A DNA stretch of 64,000 bases, from positions 1-64,000 of the IMG/VR virus record IMGVR_UViG_3300033821_000019; one strand, 5' to 3'. This DNA comes from a virus. The notes beneath the pieces are model-generated. The model was not told where the DNA came from, made no database searches, and was given only the letters and a program-made list of their open reading frames with translations. How positions within the stretch are numbered: position 1 is the stretch's first letter; every line of letters begins with the position of its first letter. Both the position numbers and the translations under genes were made by a program. This document shows, one piece after another, positions 63,154-64,000 of this stretch.

Positions 63154-63483
63154 TTATTTAGTGTTTCCTTGAAGCCACTGAGTTGCCAGTTTCTCAAGTT
63201 CCCCACCCGTAATGATTTCCCGTATGAGCGCATCCACCGGCACCCAATCAGCAGTATACTTCTGCAAAACAGTCACTTCGTCATCGCCTTCTGCCAATTG
63301 TGGAGTTTCAGGAATGTTGCTGAGAACATGAAGGAACACGCCAGTATTGCCATAGATGATATTGGCATTAGCGGAGCATTCAACCACTATCAAACTTACA
63401 TTGGGCACCGGGCCATACCACTGTTTGGTCAGACCGAGAATCCACTGCTCGAAAATCTTTTTGGCAAGCTCTTCTTTGTTCAT
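63154..63483 (-). CDS. Hypothetical protein
   Basis: 109-aa ORF. Confidence 0.6.
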   Translation of the reverse strand: MNKEELAKKIFEQWILGLTKQWYGPVPNVSLIVVECSANANIIYGNTGVFLHVLSNIPETPQLAEGDDEVTVLQKYTADWVPVDALIREIITGGELEKLATQWLQGNTK

Positions 63484-63485
63484 TT

Positions 63486-63821
63486 TTAACCGTCCTTTTT
63501 CTTTGGGTAAACTCTTATGTGACCAAGTGGAACTTTTTCATCTATCACAACTTCAGCGTCACGAAGGTAAGAGATAACGCTTCCGTCTTCTTTCAGTTTA
63601 CGAACAATGCAATTACCTAGCCAAGTATGAAGAGTGCAAAAGCCGTGACTATTCACCTTGACAACACCAACCTTGTAACCTCTTTTTTCAAGAGTTTGAA
63701 ACTTGTCAAGCACGTATTGCAAAATACGTGAAGCAATAGCTTGGTGCGTTGCCAATTCAGCCAAAGCAGTGCTAATTTCGTCTTTGCTAACGGGGAATTG
63801 AGCCGCTTCCATTAAGTTCAT
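63486..63821 (-). CDS. Hypothetical protein
   Basis: 111-aa ORF. Confidence 0.6.
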   Translation of the reverse strand: MNLMEAAQFPVSKDEISTALAELATHQAIASRILQYVLDKFQTLEKRGYKVGVVKVNSHGFCTLHTWLGNCIVRKLKEDGSVISYLRDAEVVIDEKVPLGHIRVYPKKKDG

Positions 63822-64000
63822 TTTTTAACGTCTGCCTCAAAAGCGACACCTAGCTCTTTGGCTCTGTAATAGCAATCTGATGAAGCCATGCTAGATATCA
63901 GCATAATACCGTTTTTCGTGAGCCTGAATCGCTCTGTACATTCTTCAAACGCGATAGCATAGGTATCGTCACCTATCTTTGCCGTCTTGGTCGCAAACTC

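Noticed and set aside
1-64000. Stop-codon reassignment, as in some large phages
   Set aside because: Long conserved genes are intact in the standard code, and TAA, TAG and TGA all end genes at sensible boundaries.

Overview
The window is a 64-kb piece of a large tailed-phage (jumbo-type Caudoviricetes) genome, AT-rich, using the standard bacterial code, with most genes on the minus strand. About 0.3-34 kb is the head-morphogenesis region: a cluster of small putative head-cargo genes, an HK97-type major capsid protein, two decoration paralogs, acidic scaffold-like proteins, an intein-containing prohead protease, portal, topoisomerase IB, intein-containing terminase, and free-standing HNH and LAGLIDADG endonucleases. 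About 34-64 kb is accessory: sigma-like and NusG regulators, a VWA/metallopeptidase, a PAS histidine kinase with response regulator, Ro60/TROVE, a metallophosphoesterase, five MKxRxGFVSNSSS paralogs, ADP-ribose-processing enzymes and a tmRNA. The strongest candidate for an undescribed system is a shared ~18-aa N-terminal amphipathic tag, consensus M(D/N)xKK(I/V)AxEL(L/I/V/M)K(L/I/V/M)A(K/Q/R)xLx(A/S). It sits on at least 15 otherwise unrelated proteins, including an encapsulin-cargo-type ferritin and topoisomerase IB, mostly downstream of a 14-bp promoter-like motif (ATAWTTYTTTKATA); I infer a modular capsid-cargo addressing system. Other highlights: two covarying 71-nt RNA hairpins directly upstream of Ro60; a group I intron in the tmRNA T-loop beside a hairpin-regulated endonuclease; an HNH cassette with a recoded duplicate of the protease 5' end; and a ~500-nt structured ncRNA candidate. 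All functional calls come from motif recognition by eye; no searches were run.
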